Below are positions 1 to 16,573 of a stretch of 64,000 nucleotides of DNA, in pieces. The position numbers and the translations under genes are program-made. The DNA lies in the NCBI GenBank assembly GCA_964016885.1, contig OZ024749.1, positions 3,782,001 through 3,846,000 of the forward strand, given 5' to 3'. The notes beneath the pieces were generated by a model. That model was not told the origin of the DNA. It saw only the letters and a program-made list of their open reading frames with translations, and ran no database searches. How positions within the stretch are numbered: position 1 is the stretch's first letter; the number at the start of each line of letters is the position of its first letter. This DNA is from Eledone cirrhosa (taxonomy: Eukaryota).

Positions 1-2
1 TT

Positions 3-1377
3 CATAGATTCTTCAAAATTAACGGTCTCTCTATCACCATCGAGCTGAACCATAAAGTAGTAAACTTCCTAGACGTCACCCTTGATCTCAACAATAACCT
101 TTATAACCCTTACCATAAACCAGGCGAAATACTCAGATATATTAGCCCACACTCTAACCACCCACCGGCAGTCGTCAGAGCAGTAATCAAATCTATCTCC
201 TATAGGATCTCAATGCTATCAGCAAATGAAGAGATATTTATAAACCACGCACAATATTATAATAAGGCTCTCTCTGAATCTGGTTATAAACAATCAATTT
301 ATTACATACCAAAATGCCATAACACAGCAACTCACCATAATAAACTTAACACTAGAACTAGAAATACCTTAGCATATAGCCAGATTCGCCTCAATTTTAG
401 CAGTAACAGCACCTATACAGGGAACTTTAATGGTGGCAGCGGCCTGCTCCCCACTCCAAGTAGCAACCTAAGAATCAACCCTAGAATAGGAATGAGAAAT
501 GGGACGGCAATAACAAATCCCCAGGTAATAATAACCCTAGAAAGGCCTCTACCAACTCCACTAGAACCCCTAGAATGAATAGACCTAGAAATATCACCAG
601 GCTCAACCCACCATTCTCATCTAATCTAGCCACTAATATCCCCAAACGCTTCTGCTCTATCCTATCCAAACACTCCCCCCCCACTACCATAGATATTACA
701 AACTCTTTAATAAATATAACATTAAAATCTCATACAACACCTAACCTAGCTAGCCACATCGCGTTCAGTAACCATCATAAGCTAAGACAGTATAACTCCC
801 ACACTGCGGTACCACCACCCCTATCAAATACACCACGCCACTACACCAATAATTACTCTATTAGCACACATCCCCCATCTAATCCTTCTAGCACGGACCA
901 ACCGCTTAGGTTAAACAACCCTACTCTCACTAACCGCAGAAGCAACTGCAACTGTCGTTAGCCCAACGCATGCCCATTAAATGGACACTGCCTGACACCC
1001 AACATAGTCTATAGGTGCACGTTGAGACTGCTTCGAATACCAGCTCTTATATCGGGTCTACCTCGAACCCTTTTAAGGTACGCTATAACGCGCACTCTTT
1101 TTCCTTCCGAGACCCTAGCAACAGATGTACGACATCGCTAGCTAGGCTCATTAAAAACCTTAAATTAAACAACGTGCAACACTCACTAAAATGGGATATC
1201 GTAGCTAGGGCCCAACCGTTCAATGGACGAAGAAAATCTTGTGATCTCTGTATTACAGAAGCATATTACATAACTCAATCACGACCTCTACCGATTAACG
1301 ATATAACGGAGGTAACTATTAGATGTCAACATCGAAGGACTAATTCCTTCACCAATAGAATTTTTGACACAACTTAG
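3..1377 (+). pseudogene. Penelope-like retroelement (Naiad-like): RT C-terminus/thumb, CxCx5C linker and GIY-YIG endonuclease; frameshifted and truncated by the window start
   Basis: Frame +3 from base 3 reads VVNFLDVTLDLNNNLYNPYHKP..YISPHSNHPP..ISYRISMLS..YYNKALSESGY. Then RNITRLNPPFS, CNCR*PNACPLNGHCLTPNIVY, YIGSTSNPFKVRYNAHSFSF, LKWDIV, CDLCITEAYYI, CQHRR. Frameshifts near 575 and 1015, TAG at 959-961. Confidence 0.93.
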
Positions 1378-2201
1378 TCATGTAGCCCCATTTCTATTTG
1401 TAGCTAATAAGTTAAATTGCTATGAACAACTCGATAATTATAAGTTACCTCCCCTACAGTGTCTCTCAATTAAACAATTTAAATACTAGCATTTAACTAT
1501 AAATACTCACAATCTCTAATCTCTCGAGAAGTTACTTCCTCAGAAACCACTCTCTAATTAGTTCAGGTAAATATGCCCTTTGGCAGCCATCTTGTTACCC
1601 ATAAGCATATCTCACAGAATGCAGCCTCGACAGATGAATACTGCTTGATTATGGCTGACAGATGATGCAACCAAGACACCATAGTAAAAACCAGTATATG
1701 GAACATTATATTATGTAACATTACTTTAATTTATATTCCTTTGAGATCCGATGAGCCACTCTGTTTTTTTAAATATGTTAATTATTTTAAACTGAACCAC
1801 ATCAATTATGATATATAGTCATCTGATCCAGAAATATTATATGGAGTAGCGAAGCAATTATAAACGGACATTATTATTATTAATATTATTATTATTAACA
1901 CTACATTCCTTACATCAAACTAAAATATGTTGACAATCTTTTAATAATGTCTTCCTTGTGAAGTTTGTGCTCTTGTTTTGCTTAACTAATGAATATTTCC
2001 AGTTCTGCGCACCGAACTTCTGCATGAACCCAGCCACCTAGCTGCTTTCTACTGCATATTGCACATTGAACACACGCCTTTACGCTTTGGCTTCTAACTA
2101 ACTCACCAATCTCTCCTCTCATATCTCCTCCACTATCTCTATCTCTCTCTTTAAGATTGGTTACTCTTGAACTGTGTATATATATATTTATATATATATA
2201 T

Positions 2202-2259
<58 letters not shown>

Positions 2260-3012
2260 TGTGTGTGATGAAAAGATAGATAGATGGATAGATAGGCATC
2301 AGTAGAGAATGTGAGAATGTGAGAATGCATATTCTTGGTTGTGCAGTTCATCCATGTATAAATGTATGTGTGTATGTATATATGTATGTATGTATTTATG
2401 TATGTATACGTGTCTGTCTGCCTGTATGTTTGTATATATGTATATATGTATGTATAGATGTATGTATGTAAGTATATATGTATGCAAGTATGTATGCATG
2501 TATGAAGAAGACAAAAATATAGACATTTTTGGATCAGCTAAAGGTGGTGTGATTCAAATGTGATTTGACAGCTCTCAGAAATGGATGATAAAGAAAGAGT
2601 TAAGTTATATAAAATATTCGTTTAATGTTCATTCAGCGGGAAGGAAATCTTCCGTTGAGAACATTTGATGTTGCCCAAAACAATATATATCTGCACAGAC
2701 TCGGTTTATTTCATGGTGTACGTGAATAAAAGAAATACTAAAACTGATGGGTATTAGGGAAGAAATAACATTGGAAAACAAGGGAAAACAAGGAAATTAT
2801 AAGGAGACGTGAATGACAAAAATAAAAGAGGGAGGTTAATAAGAAGGAGAAGCAATAAAAATATGACGGATTATCGATTCTCCAGAGAGTGAGAAAACAC
2901 TTGCACTGTAATAACAGCATATATTACACGTTTCTGCTTTTGCCATGTGTTCAAACATGCTGATCTACACCTACAAATATATATATATATTCCCACCCGC
3001 CTTTCTCTCTCG

Positions 3013-3106
<94 letters not shown>

Positions 3107-3242
3107 AGAGAGAGAGAGAGAGCGAAATAGAGGGAGAGAAGTAAAGAGAGAAAGTGTATGTTTGTGTGAGAAAGATAGATAGTTAGATAGATTCACATGT
3201 GTATATATATGCATAGTATACCTACACACATACACTGTAAAG

Positions 3243-3660
3243 CTCATAGGGCAGACGATCCAATCCAGGTGAATTGCGCTTGACGCAGCCGACTAGGATA
3301 TCCCGAATCTTGGCTAAAGTTATCAGCCTTTCGCAGCGCCTGAATCGGCTGGCGAGAGACCCTGTAGGCTGTGGAATTAAGGACATAATTCCATCACCGT
3401 CTCCGAATCTCACTCTCCCCAAACAACCGAGGAAAGTGATGGTGAAAGGCTGCACACATTTGTCTGGGATTATTCAGCTTCCGTTCGTCTCGATCCGTCA
3501 AAGTCCGAATTGGGGTTTTGGTACCTTGACGCGCTTTTGAAACGTGCTCCCATAAACAAGCTTTGGTTCCCTCGTTTCTTAGAACACCCACCTTAGCTCT
3601 GACGCTGCAACCTCCGCGTTTCGCATTGAAGAAATAGTCTAACCTGGATTTCGTACCCGT
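3243..3660 (-). pseudogene. Tx1/L1-like LINE ORF2 fragment (linker just before RT)
   Basis: Minus-strand ORFs read NEGTKAC..IRTLTDRDERKL..MCAAFHHHFPRLF and CERLITLAKIRDILVGCVKRNSPGLDRLPYELY, matching the K/NSPGxDGxPxExY pre-RT motif of APE-type LINEs. Confidence 0.75.
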
Positions 3661-5878
3661 CCGGCAGCTTGATTTGGTCCGGTATTTTGTTTTTTATATG
3701 TCTTCTGGTCTGATTTGGAGAAGAATTTCCAGTTAATTTATTCAACGAGGATATCAGAGCTTCCAACATCGAACATGAGTCCATTTCCATTGAAATTCTG
3801 GTAACCCGGACACTTACTGCGCTTCTCCCCATCTAGGAGGGATAGATGATCATTTGTTCCGTTTTGCTGGGAACTACAGTATTCTTCATAGCAAATGCCT
3901 CAGCTTTGAAGAGCACCAATATGCTCATAAATTCCTTGGTCCCTGCCATACGCCCAATGTGCTTATTGTTTATGCATTTCAGCGTCGCATCAACCACTCC
4001 TTCAGAGACTGGCTCAAGGCTCAAATATTACAGGGCCCTCTTAACACTGCAATGTGTGCGTGTTATATTCAGTTTGTGACAAAAAAATCAGGATGAATAC
4101 AAAGTGAACACTTGAAACTTGATCAAACTTACGGAGCGACATTCAAATGCGTCTTGACAGACGAAACAACAATAATAATAATAGTAATAAAACTGTTTTT
4201 TATTTTAAAATAACTATAATATCGAAATTGATTGGGCGCAAACGTTATCGTTTCCACCCAACCCTCATCATCCTTTAAACCTTTCGTGTTAGTGTCAGCA
4301 AATGACGAGGTTTTCTAATTAAATTAATATCGATTTATAGATTCGTAGTAATATGTTGTTGTTATTTAGTGTTCTTTTCATGAAATGTTTTATAGAGTTT
4401 CACCTCATAAACTATGCTACATGATAGCTATATCTGCAAATAGGCTGTCGTTTATGTTTATGCAACGTTTTTTTACCCTGAATATTTACTAAATTTTAGC
4501 AAACAGTTTTTAGTTTCAAAAGTAAGTAATTGAATATACTTCGACAATGAACCAACTATGGTGAAATAAAAATCTTCAACATGATACATGACAAACAAGT
4601 ATACTTTAAAAAAAAATTAGCCCACACGCTATTCTGAAAGGAAAGCAACCTAAACACCTTCTTGTTTTAGCATATTTGTCTTCCGGTTGCATATACTTTT
4701 CTAGCAGTGCAATACCGTTGTTTGTGACTGTTCAGGTGTGTAAGGAATTGAGTATACATTTGTAATCCGTGCAAAGATCAACACTAGATTATTACTATTT
4801 ATCAACATCGAATATGATGAAAGGCGAATATTACATGGCTGTAATTTGAGATCATGGGTCCAGGAACATATACTACACAGACAACTAATCTGGCGATTAC
4901 CGACACTCATAATCTGCTGCCTTCTAAATATATTATTTCTGTATATAGGACAGAAGGGTTTCTCCTGAAAATATGTTGATCAAATAAATAGTGGATTGCA
5001 ATTTATGAAGTGTTATCTACTCAATGCTCATTATAATGATAGCTAGGTAAGTATAACTATATATGTGTCAGACATAATGCCCAAATTGTACTCATCGACT
5101 AATAACATCTTCATTAACAAATCACATCTCCTGTCACTTCTTATAACCACTACATCTCTAAAGGCGCCAAATGTTCAAGAAAGTCAGATTGAGTTCTACA
5201 GACGAGAACTGCTTCGTTTTGACTGTATCGCTTGCCCAGGAGATAGCAGCCGAACGACCAATACATTACACATTGACCACTACGTAAGATAAACATGGAA
5301 AAATGTCGCTACCGATGTACACAAATAAGGATGGTCCTGGCTGAATTATTTCTCACAATAGTGGGCGACATTTTATTTCGTTTCCTGTATGTACAGTTGA
5401 ATTAAAAGGGTGTTTGTTAGATCAGGGTTCTTAGTATTCTGAATATAAGCACAACGAAGATTACACTTTAGAGATAATTCCCTGTTTCGCTACACACAAC
5501 GGTTTGTCCCTTTTTTGAAATATATTAATTCCACAGTAAATTCATGGTTAATTGATTGATATTGTCTCATCTAATTCAGACGTGCGAAAATGTATGCATA
5601 GATCTTTGTATTTCTTCCCTCTCTCTGAAAAAATAATATCAATAAATAATGCATTTATGCGGTACGACATTCAATGCTTCAAACCCTAAAACAATCCACC
5701 AGGAATTTGTATTCTGAATTTATTTTTTAGGAAGTATATATATATATAAACGTTAAGACTCTCTTCCTGCTACTTCAAGCGTTAAATCTAATATATTCCT
5801 TTCATATAACTGTACCGATTGTGTTGCTAATTCTGTTTATCTTTTACATAGATATAAACACACACACACACACACACG

Positions 5879-5965
<87 letters not shown>

Positions 5966-6801
5966 GTATATATATAATTGGAATATATATATATATATAT
6001 AAGAAAATCTGCTTCGTAGTATCGAGACGTATTCGAGGACCGTGCAATTTCAGAGTCAGGTTTGATCACCATATCGATCGTGTCTCGAGCAGGTCGCCCA
6101 GGAAACAATTCTAATATGTCCAATAAATTCCTTTCGTCGCAACACTGATTCTCTTTTTTCTGTGATATATATGGTGGGTGGGGGATAGTTTGTGTGTGTG
6201 TGTGTGTAAATATATATATGGTCAGAATATATGGAGAAGACAATTTATTTAAAAACAAGATTAAATTCTTACACTGTGTTTCATCTTCAGGTAAGCTTAT
6301 AATATAACAGGTAGACATATATGCGTATTTATGTGTATGTGTATGTGTGCGTGTATGAGCTCGCACCGCGCACTCATGCATTTATTTATATATGAATATA
6401 TGTATGCAGGCCTATTTAATGTGAGTGATTCAGCGAAAGAGAGTCGTGTGATGTGAATGAGTGACAGAAAAGATGTAACCTGCTCGAGCATGGCTTTCGT
6501 AAATATACCAAAGAAAAAAATCTGTTATACAGGTACAGATTACAGACGTTAAAATAATCCTTCATTCCACGCTCCCTCACCCACGATCTGTCATTCCCAT
6601 CATACCAAACCCTTCTCGATCTCTCTATTTCTGTTTCCTTAGCTTCTATTTATTACTAGCATTGCTTTAGAGGTATATTTACGATCAGAAAGAATAACTG
6701 ACGGCCAATCATTTCACTTAATATTACCAAAACCCCTGCCTCCCACAGTTCAATTATCTTTGTTTAGATGAAGCAGATATAGCGATTAATATCTCGTAAC
6801 G

Positions 6802-6837
<36 letters not shown>

Positions 6838-6884
6838 GTGTGTGTGTATATATGTATGCGTGTGTGTGTGTTTATGTATATATA

Positions 6885-7002
<118 letters not shown>

Positions 7003-7034
7003 CATGTATATATCAAAAGTAACTACATCGAAAA

Positions 7035-7132
7035 TTCGTACAATTAAGTTAAGATGCAGGCAGGCACGTACATACACACCAGTACAAGCTTATATATGTT
7101 AATATGTGTATATGTGCGTGTCTGCGTGTGTG

Positions 7133-7214
<82 letters not shown>

Positions 7215-7355
7215 TATATATATACACCCACACACGCAGACACGCACATATACACATATATATACCCACCGACACACGCAGACACACACATATACACATA
7301 TTAGCATATATAAGCTTTTACAGGTGTGCACGTACGTGCCTGCATGCATCTTAAC
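7035..7355. repeat. Inverted repeat (about 100 bp arms) around a (TA)n tract
   Basis: agttaagatgcaggcaggcacgtac..cgtgtgtggg versus cccacacacgcag..gtacgtgcctgcatgcatcttaact. Confidence 0.85.
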
Positions 7356-7544
7356 TATTCCCTGTTGGAGCCAGATACGATCTTGTCAAGTGCTGTGTGT
7401 ATTTATTGCATGTGCATCCATTGATATGCAAACGTAGATCTAGTTTGAAAGGCTAGAAATTAGCCACTCCACTAATCACTCGTCCAAGCTGGATTTACTA
7501 TCATGAAAAGAATTTTCGTTGTAGCTACTTTGGATACTATACAT

Positions 7545-7697
<153 letters not shown>

Positions 7698-7773
7698 CAT
7701 ACACATATATATATATATATATTCATTTCGAAAAAAATACACAGATACACATGCACACGCATATAAATACATG

Positions 7774-7840
<67 letters not shown>

Positions 7841-7913
7841 TCATACATATATATATATATATATATATATACATTTGTACACATATATATATAGATGCAT
7901 ATATATACATTTG

Positions 7914-7957
7914 TACACCAATCACTCACACATGATTATGTGTGAGTGATTGGTGTA
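7914..7957. repeat. Perfect 20-bp hairpin with 4-nt loop
   Basis: tacaccaatcactcacacat-gatt-atgtgtgagtgattggtgta. Confidence 0.95.
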
Positions 7958-9179
7958 TTTTTCTTTCTATCTACCAGTGTAATCCCGTCGTACCTACAAG
8001 TGAGTATTAGGCATCTGATAGAGATAGAGAGATATAGAGAAGGGTAAGCCACTGTTCATGTCCATTCAGCAAAAGCCATAACGGTTGAGTTTATACTTCA
8101 GAAATGATCAAATTAGACAGCCAAGTGGATTCTTTTGATTCTCTGTGGATTGAAATGACTTCAATATCCTGCCTACAGTCCTCTACTACCACTGGGAACA
8201 TACATGTAATTTCTTTTTTCTTGTGGATATAAAAGGAATCCAGTTCTCTGAGATGCTATTGTATGAGATAATTGCAAAGCGTTTGCCTTTAAGAGCATTA
8301 AAGATCGTAATATAAACAATAGAATTTGAACTCATTTATTAAATGGAATTTAGTGAAAGTGTTCAATGTATATTTACTGTTAACATTTAATTAAATATGG
8401 CTTTCTTGTTTGTTATTGCGAAATCGTTTGTGTGTGTGTTGCGTGAATATATGTATATAGGTATGTATGTAAGTATGTATAATTCAGCAACATTTCAAGA
8501 ATGTGTAATCGTTGCCAGCTCGTATGCTAATCATGCTAATGTACGCTACACCCTAATATATATTTCATAATACCAGCATATATTTTACTCGATTATTCAT
8601 GCGTCGGAATTTCAGTCGACAACACGATTAAATGATCATCGTTATAATAGACGAATGATTCCTCATTATCATCATTTAAAACGTCAATAGCACTCCTATC
8701 TATGTGATTCATTTTCACTGAAAATACGAAATCTTTAGAAAGTATGGATTTCTTTACATCAATTTATTTTTGTGGTGGTGTGAAATTTTGTTGCCTTATT
8801 TCATCAATATTTCCTTGGAGAAAGCGACAGAAGAAAACTGTTATAATCTTTCCAGCAACATGTCAGATATATGTTGTTAATGTAATAACGTAGTTGGTTA
8901 CGTAAGTGGAAAGTGTATCCCATAGATAATATTGAGATTAGGTTCAATTAGATAATAAAATAATGTCACCTTACGCAAAAATCAACAATAACTAATGTAA
9001 AGGATTATAGTTATATGCAAAGAAAGTATTATAAACAAGAAGATCAAAATGCAAGGAAAAGAAATATGAATTATAAATGAAATCATATCTTATGAACTAC
9101 ACGATCTACCTTGATATACCACAGGTAATATAACATCGCTATAGAGGATATTGTCATATATGAAACACATAAATCATAT

Positions 9180-9518
<339 letters not shown>

Positions 9519-10924
9519 AATATGATAATAATGGAGCTGCGGCGCTGCACATGGGTTACATATGAAAAAGTTTGTCCTCATCAGTGGCCATCCAACCGTC
9601 GTAGGCATTTCGTCGCATTAAAGGCCATATGCCTCAGGTTGGTGCGAGCAACGGCTAAAAAAAAGTCGTTGGGACACGTAAATAAAGGGGACGCTAGGAT
9701 AAACAAACAAAATGGTTTAAGCAGCAGAAAGAGAGGAAGAAGGAAACAAGTCCCAGATTTCTATGAATATAAATTCGGTGGAATCGTGAACGAGAGAATA
9801 AAGACCATCAAACCTGGTTGAAATGTGAGCAAGGAAGGAATTTCGCACAGGTCTAACGGGAGGAAGGAGGGGTCTGGTCTGCGAATTCGGTAAACATAAG
9901 TTCTGTGAAGTCGCAGACGAGAGAGAGAGAGAAAAATAATTCATACCGGCTTGGTCAAGTGCCCGCGAGAAAAGGATTGTGGACAGGTCAAACGGGAAGA
10001 AAGGGGAGGAGGGGAGGTAGTGACAGAGAGTGAGTGATATGCATGTAAGTATGTATGGATAGATATGTATATTAAGCAGTTGAAAGCATTTGGATTTGCT
10101 TTCATTTCCGCTCTTAACAATTGATTTAAAATAAAGAAACTCATCACGTTTATGTCGCTGACATATAAAAGAATTTGCGCAGTCATTTTTCATGCCATAA
10201 AATGTCTCCAGCAAAACAACAATTATCATGCATTTGTATGACCTACTTAGTTGATGTCTACCGGGTTGACTTTGACATGATCTTATATTGAAATATGTAT
10301 AGCGGAGCATGTTTTGACACAAGCCTCCTGAAGACGTCTGCATTGTTGGATAGGATTTCCAGCACATATCTGTATTGTTGTATGTTCGATTCTCGTGATA
10401 GACCGCGATATTTAGCCGTTTAGCATTTACATTACTCTATATATACTATAGTATGTTCATGGTAAACGCTTTACCTCATATATATATCTCACATATAGTC
10501 GAATCTATGCGATTATTATATTATTTATTTTGAGAAACATACCTTAACCTCCCAGTTATGGGCAGATTGAGAAAAAAGGGTTGAGAGAATTCTGGCCGGA
10601 TACGGTCGTTTTAAATGCTAAAGGTGTAGATCGGAACAAGACGATTTATTTCTAGTTAATTCTGTCTATGTTGTTGACAAAAAGAAGTCATACCAGTAAT
10701 TTCATCCTTGTCATGCATTGTCTCACCTTGAATCCACCTTAGAATTACGTTAAAGGTCCCCGTATCCGAGGAATACTCATCCATATATAAAAATAAATGT
10801 TAACAGCAGGCAAACTGAGTACTAATCGTCAGAAACAACGGAGTAACAAGAAAAGCAATGTCTCTTTTATCAATGTGGTTATTCTAGTGATACTGCTAAT
10901 TAGCAGTTGTTGGAAAGAATAACA

Positions 10925-11140
10925 GCGGTGGATTGGTAGTATAGGTAGATCGTCGAACACCATGATTTGCAGCATAGAGTTACGTCCCTTTATGTTCTGA
11001 GTTCAAATCCCACCGAAGTTGGCTTTGCCTTTCATCCTTACGGGGTCGATAAAATAAAGTACCAGAAACGCACTGGAGTCGATTTAATCGATCTCCCTTT
11101 CTTCCACGTCGTTGGTTGTTTGTCTAAATCACAAACAGTT
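10925..11140 (+). mobile_element. tRNA-derived SINE, family 1
   Basis: A-box-like tggattggtag, B-box gagttcaaatcc, conserved body ctttgcctttcatccttacggggtcgataaaataaagtaccag. At least 12 copies in the window. Confidence 0.85.
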
Positions 11141-11417
11141 ATTTGGAACGAGTAACAGCACCGCACTGCATTAGAAGATGTAATATATATAATAGATGTA
11201 ATATATATAATAGCTCTAATAGATGTAAAAGATGTAATATATGTAATAGCCATAATAGGTGTAATAGGTGTAACATTGTTGGTAGTTAAATACGGGCAGG
11301 ACAAACAATACGTGAGCTTAATCAACGTGGAATATTTAAATTTCTGTTTCCTAAGAAAGGGACACGGAGATAGCTACCTGCATGACTGTTTGATCACAAA
11401 TTATGCCTTGCCACCAA

Positions 11418-11460
<43 letters not shown>

Positions 11461-11474
11461 GTTGCTGCTGCTGC

Positions 11475-11525
<51 letters not shown>

Positions 11526-11760
11526 CATTAGTAGTAGTAGTAGTAGGAACGCTAGCCTTCTTATTACTACTACTAATAAAGAAAAATAAATGTATGTTGA
11601 TGATGATGATGATGCTGACGACAACGACGACGATGATGATGATGATGATGATGATGATGCCGACGATGATGTTGGTGATGATGATGGTGACGATGCCAAT
11701 GACGATGCCGATGACGATGACCACGGCGATGCTAAGGAGGAGGTTAATTTTGATGATGGC
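11418..11760. repeat. Compound trinucleotide microsatellite (TAC)n-(TGC)n-(TAG)n-(GAT/GAC)n
   Basis: Read directly. Explains the poly-L/V/M/D/S ORFs. Confidence 0.95.
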
Positions 11761-13399
11761 TTTCACTCCAGACGCATTTCAACGATTTTCCTTTCAGTTA
11801 AACAAATAATAATGTCCTACAAAATGAAATGAATCTGAAAAAGGAAATTAAACTGACCCTTACGTTACTCTAGGTTACATCTTTATATCATGCTCCCACA
11901 GAGTCCACTATGTTGAAGCATATGCGCCCTTAGCAACAATAACAACAAGACGAAGATTACTTTTCGTCAAATAATAATATAATTGGACCGAAAAATGACT
12001 CGAGCAATTATTGCTACACATATGTTTATATTTTTATTTCTTTGCTAGAATTAAATTTCAAATTCCATCAACAAATTCCTGTTTTTGTTTTCTATTTTAA
12101 TTTTTATGCCTTATCTTTCATTCATTGAGGAAACATTTCTTCAGAACTGATTATATTACATTAAGAATGATATTATTTTATTTTAGTTTACAGTGCTTGT
12201 GATGTTTACAATGCATGCTGGTTGGGGCAGTTAATATTATTTTCCGGCACTGGAAATAAAATGTGCATTATAGTTTTGTTCTGGGATGTTTCATTTTATT
12301 TAGAGGGTCATAAAAAGTAAAACAATAATTGGTGGACAAACTGATCAATCTACATGCTATTGGATAAATAATATGGATACATTTCAGATATCAAGTAATG
12401 CCCTTGTAGCTCACCCACACTTCACTTATACAATACTTTAATTAAAGTCTGGACATCGCTATGAATGCAATAATTTCACATGTCTGAGAATTTTCAAGAA
12501 TATTTTATACACATACCAAATAATTTCCATCATAGCCAGAATTATAACACCAGAATCGAACAACTATTTACAATCCACAAAGCTGAATGTAATTTCAACA
12601 TCAGATATGTTGCTTCTCCCATCTCAAAACACATCCAAAATAAAACAAAATCAACCTGTGAGTGGAAAACATATACTTTACAATGCCTAGACAATGGCGT
12701 CCTTAAATAAGCAAAGATTTGATTAATAATCAGTAGTCAACATTGTCCTTTATCTGCTTTTCTCGGAAAACAGTGGAAGACAGGGTCGGAGGTATCGTCA
12801 CCCAAAATCTCAGATCAAGTAGTTGCAGTTCAATTGCCTCAAATTAAAGCGTATTAGTGTCAGGTGGTGTTACAGCTACAGCCAGCAAAATGATAGAGGT
12901 GTTGTGGAATTGTAGCACGAAATGCAAAGGCCATAACAAAAACACATCCATGTCAACACATCTATAATTCACTAAACCCACTGCATATGACCTGTACATT
13001 ATATAATCTAATTCGGAATGACGAAAGGAAAATTTGAAAATTTGAAGATTTGAAGGTGGAGCGTAAGGGACCGAAGCATCTAAATCAAGGCATTTTCCTT
13101 TGGGGTCTACCAAAACTTTGGCAATTATATCCCGAAATTTAACGGAGAGAGCGATTATAGCAATATATATATACACTCATATATATATATATACAGATAT
13201 GTTGGTATTTGTGTTTCATCATATATATTAATTTATATTTATTATATTTATTACACGGCTCAGAAATATTTCTTTGAGCTATTTCATTGTAAAGGAATGC
13301 TTGAGATTTGAACTCATTACACTTAATATATATATATATATATATATATTTGATTTGCAAGGTTTTTGATGTGAAATCGTGTGTCGAAACAAATATTGT

Positions 13400-15152
<1,753 letters not shown>

Positions 15153-15166
15153 TCTATTTATCTATC

Positions 15167-15202
<36 letters not shown>

Positions 15203-15821
15203 CATAGATACAGATATACATATAAATATAAACATTTATTTATTAGGATGTAGATTTTAGATTTAGAAATAATGTTTCGTGATTAATTACGAATTATGAG
15301 AAACATAAAATAGCTGCAGTGAGCAGGAGAATACGATGAATTACCATTTACTATTGAGCAGCCATTCTTAAATGAGCTAGCCAAGTAATCTGCTAAAAGG
15401 AAAAAAGTAAAATCGATCAAAAACTAACATCTTCGAATTTCAGACGGCATATGGAGATATCATTTCATTTATAGCAAAGAAAAAAAATATTTATTGAGGT
15501 CTGTGCTTCTGCAGACATAAAATTGATATACGTACTCACCCGATGTCACTTGTGTGATAGAAGCAGCTTATATCAAAACAATTCTAGTTTTCCTTTCGTG
15601 TAACCTACGGCAACGAGGCATTAGAATTCTTCCCCGGGAGGGAGTTGCTGAAGTCCTCCTTTGAACTTATGCAGTTCAATATCAACCAGGCTGCCTAAGT
15701 GTTTCGACGCAATGAGATATTTTTGTGAAATGAATATTTTGAATAAGTCAAGCAAAATCATCGAAAGTAATTGAAGGTGGTGGATACCTGATCATCACCT
15801 CTCTCTCTGTCTCTCTCTCGC

Positions 15822-15859
<38 letters not shown>

Positions 15860-15870
15860 ACTCTCGCTCT

Positions 15871-15911
<41 letters not shown>

Positions 15912-15961
15912 GTATGCATATATGTATATATATATATATAAGTATAGATGTATATATATAT

Positions 15962-16058
<97 letters not shown>

Positions 16059-16070
16059 TATATATATATA

Positions 16071-16149
<79 letters not shown>

Positions 16150-16159
16150 ATGTATATAT

Positions 16160-16194
<35 letters not shown>

Positions 16195-16523
16195 CTCCGA
16201 AGACATGTGCGTTACTTCATATCGCACACAATTCAGTCTACTAATATTTTCAGAAATGGATGGATCGCAAATGTTTACATCTACTGATGAACAGAGAGTT
16301 GGTGATGCCTACGCTTATAGGTAATTTTTCGAAACAGTTTCTATAACTGTCTACTTTTTTTCAGGCAGTTGCCCTATAAACGGTTTGTTTTTCTTTTTCT
16401 TAATTTATTACTTTAAATTAAGTCTGGCAAATCACATTGTTATAGTTAATATGTTTTCACCCCAGCAAACCAGGTCCTTTACAATTCGAACACATGTATG
16501 TTTATATTTGTGTTTATCTATCT

Positions 16524-16573
<50 letters not shown>

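Noticed and set aside
947-975. In-frame stop within the CxCx5C linker as possible selenocysteine, since some Naiad PLEs encode selenoproteins
   Set aside because: The codon is TAG, not TGA. It is not at a Cys position, and the element has other disabling frameshifts.
1745-1865. Possible hammerhead with a long stem II insert downstream of the first PLE (ccgatga-gccactc..gagtagc-gaag)
   Set aside because: Two core mismatches and no stem I.
9540-10370. 216-aa ORF and neighbouring GC-richer sequence as a gene
   Set aside because: No recognisable motif, and it spans GA repeats. Probably a decayed transposon that I cannot classify.
10925-11010. SINE heads as tRNA genes
   Set aside because: Only A/B boxes are present, with no cloverleaf, and each is fused to a repeated SINE body.
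11160-11275. Short periodic repeat (tagatgtaatatatataa-like) as a CRISPR-like array
   Set aside because: It is a simple degenerate minisatellite without unique spacers, in a eukaryotic context.
12440-13150. Possible transposase remnant
   Set aside because: Short ORFs with many stops and no identifiable catalytic motif.
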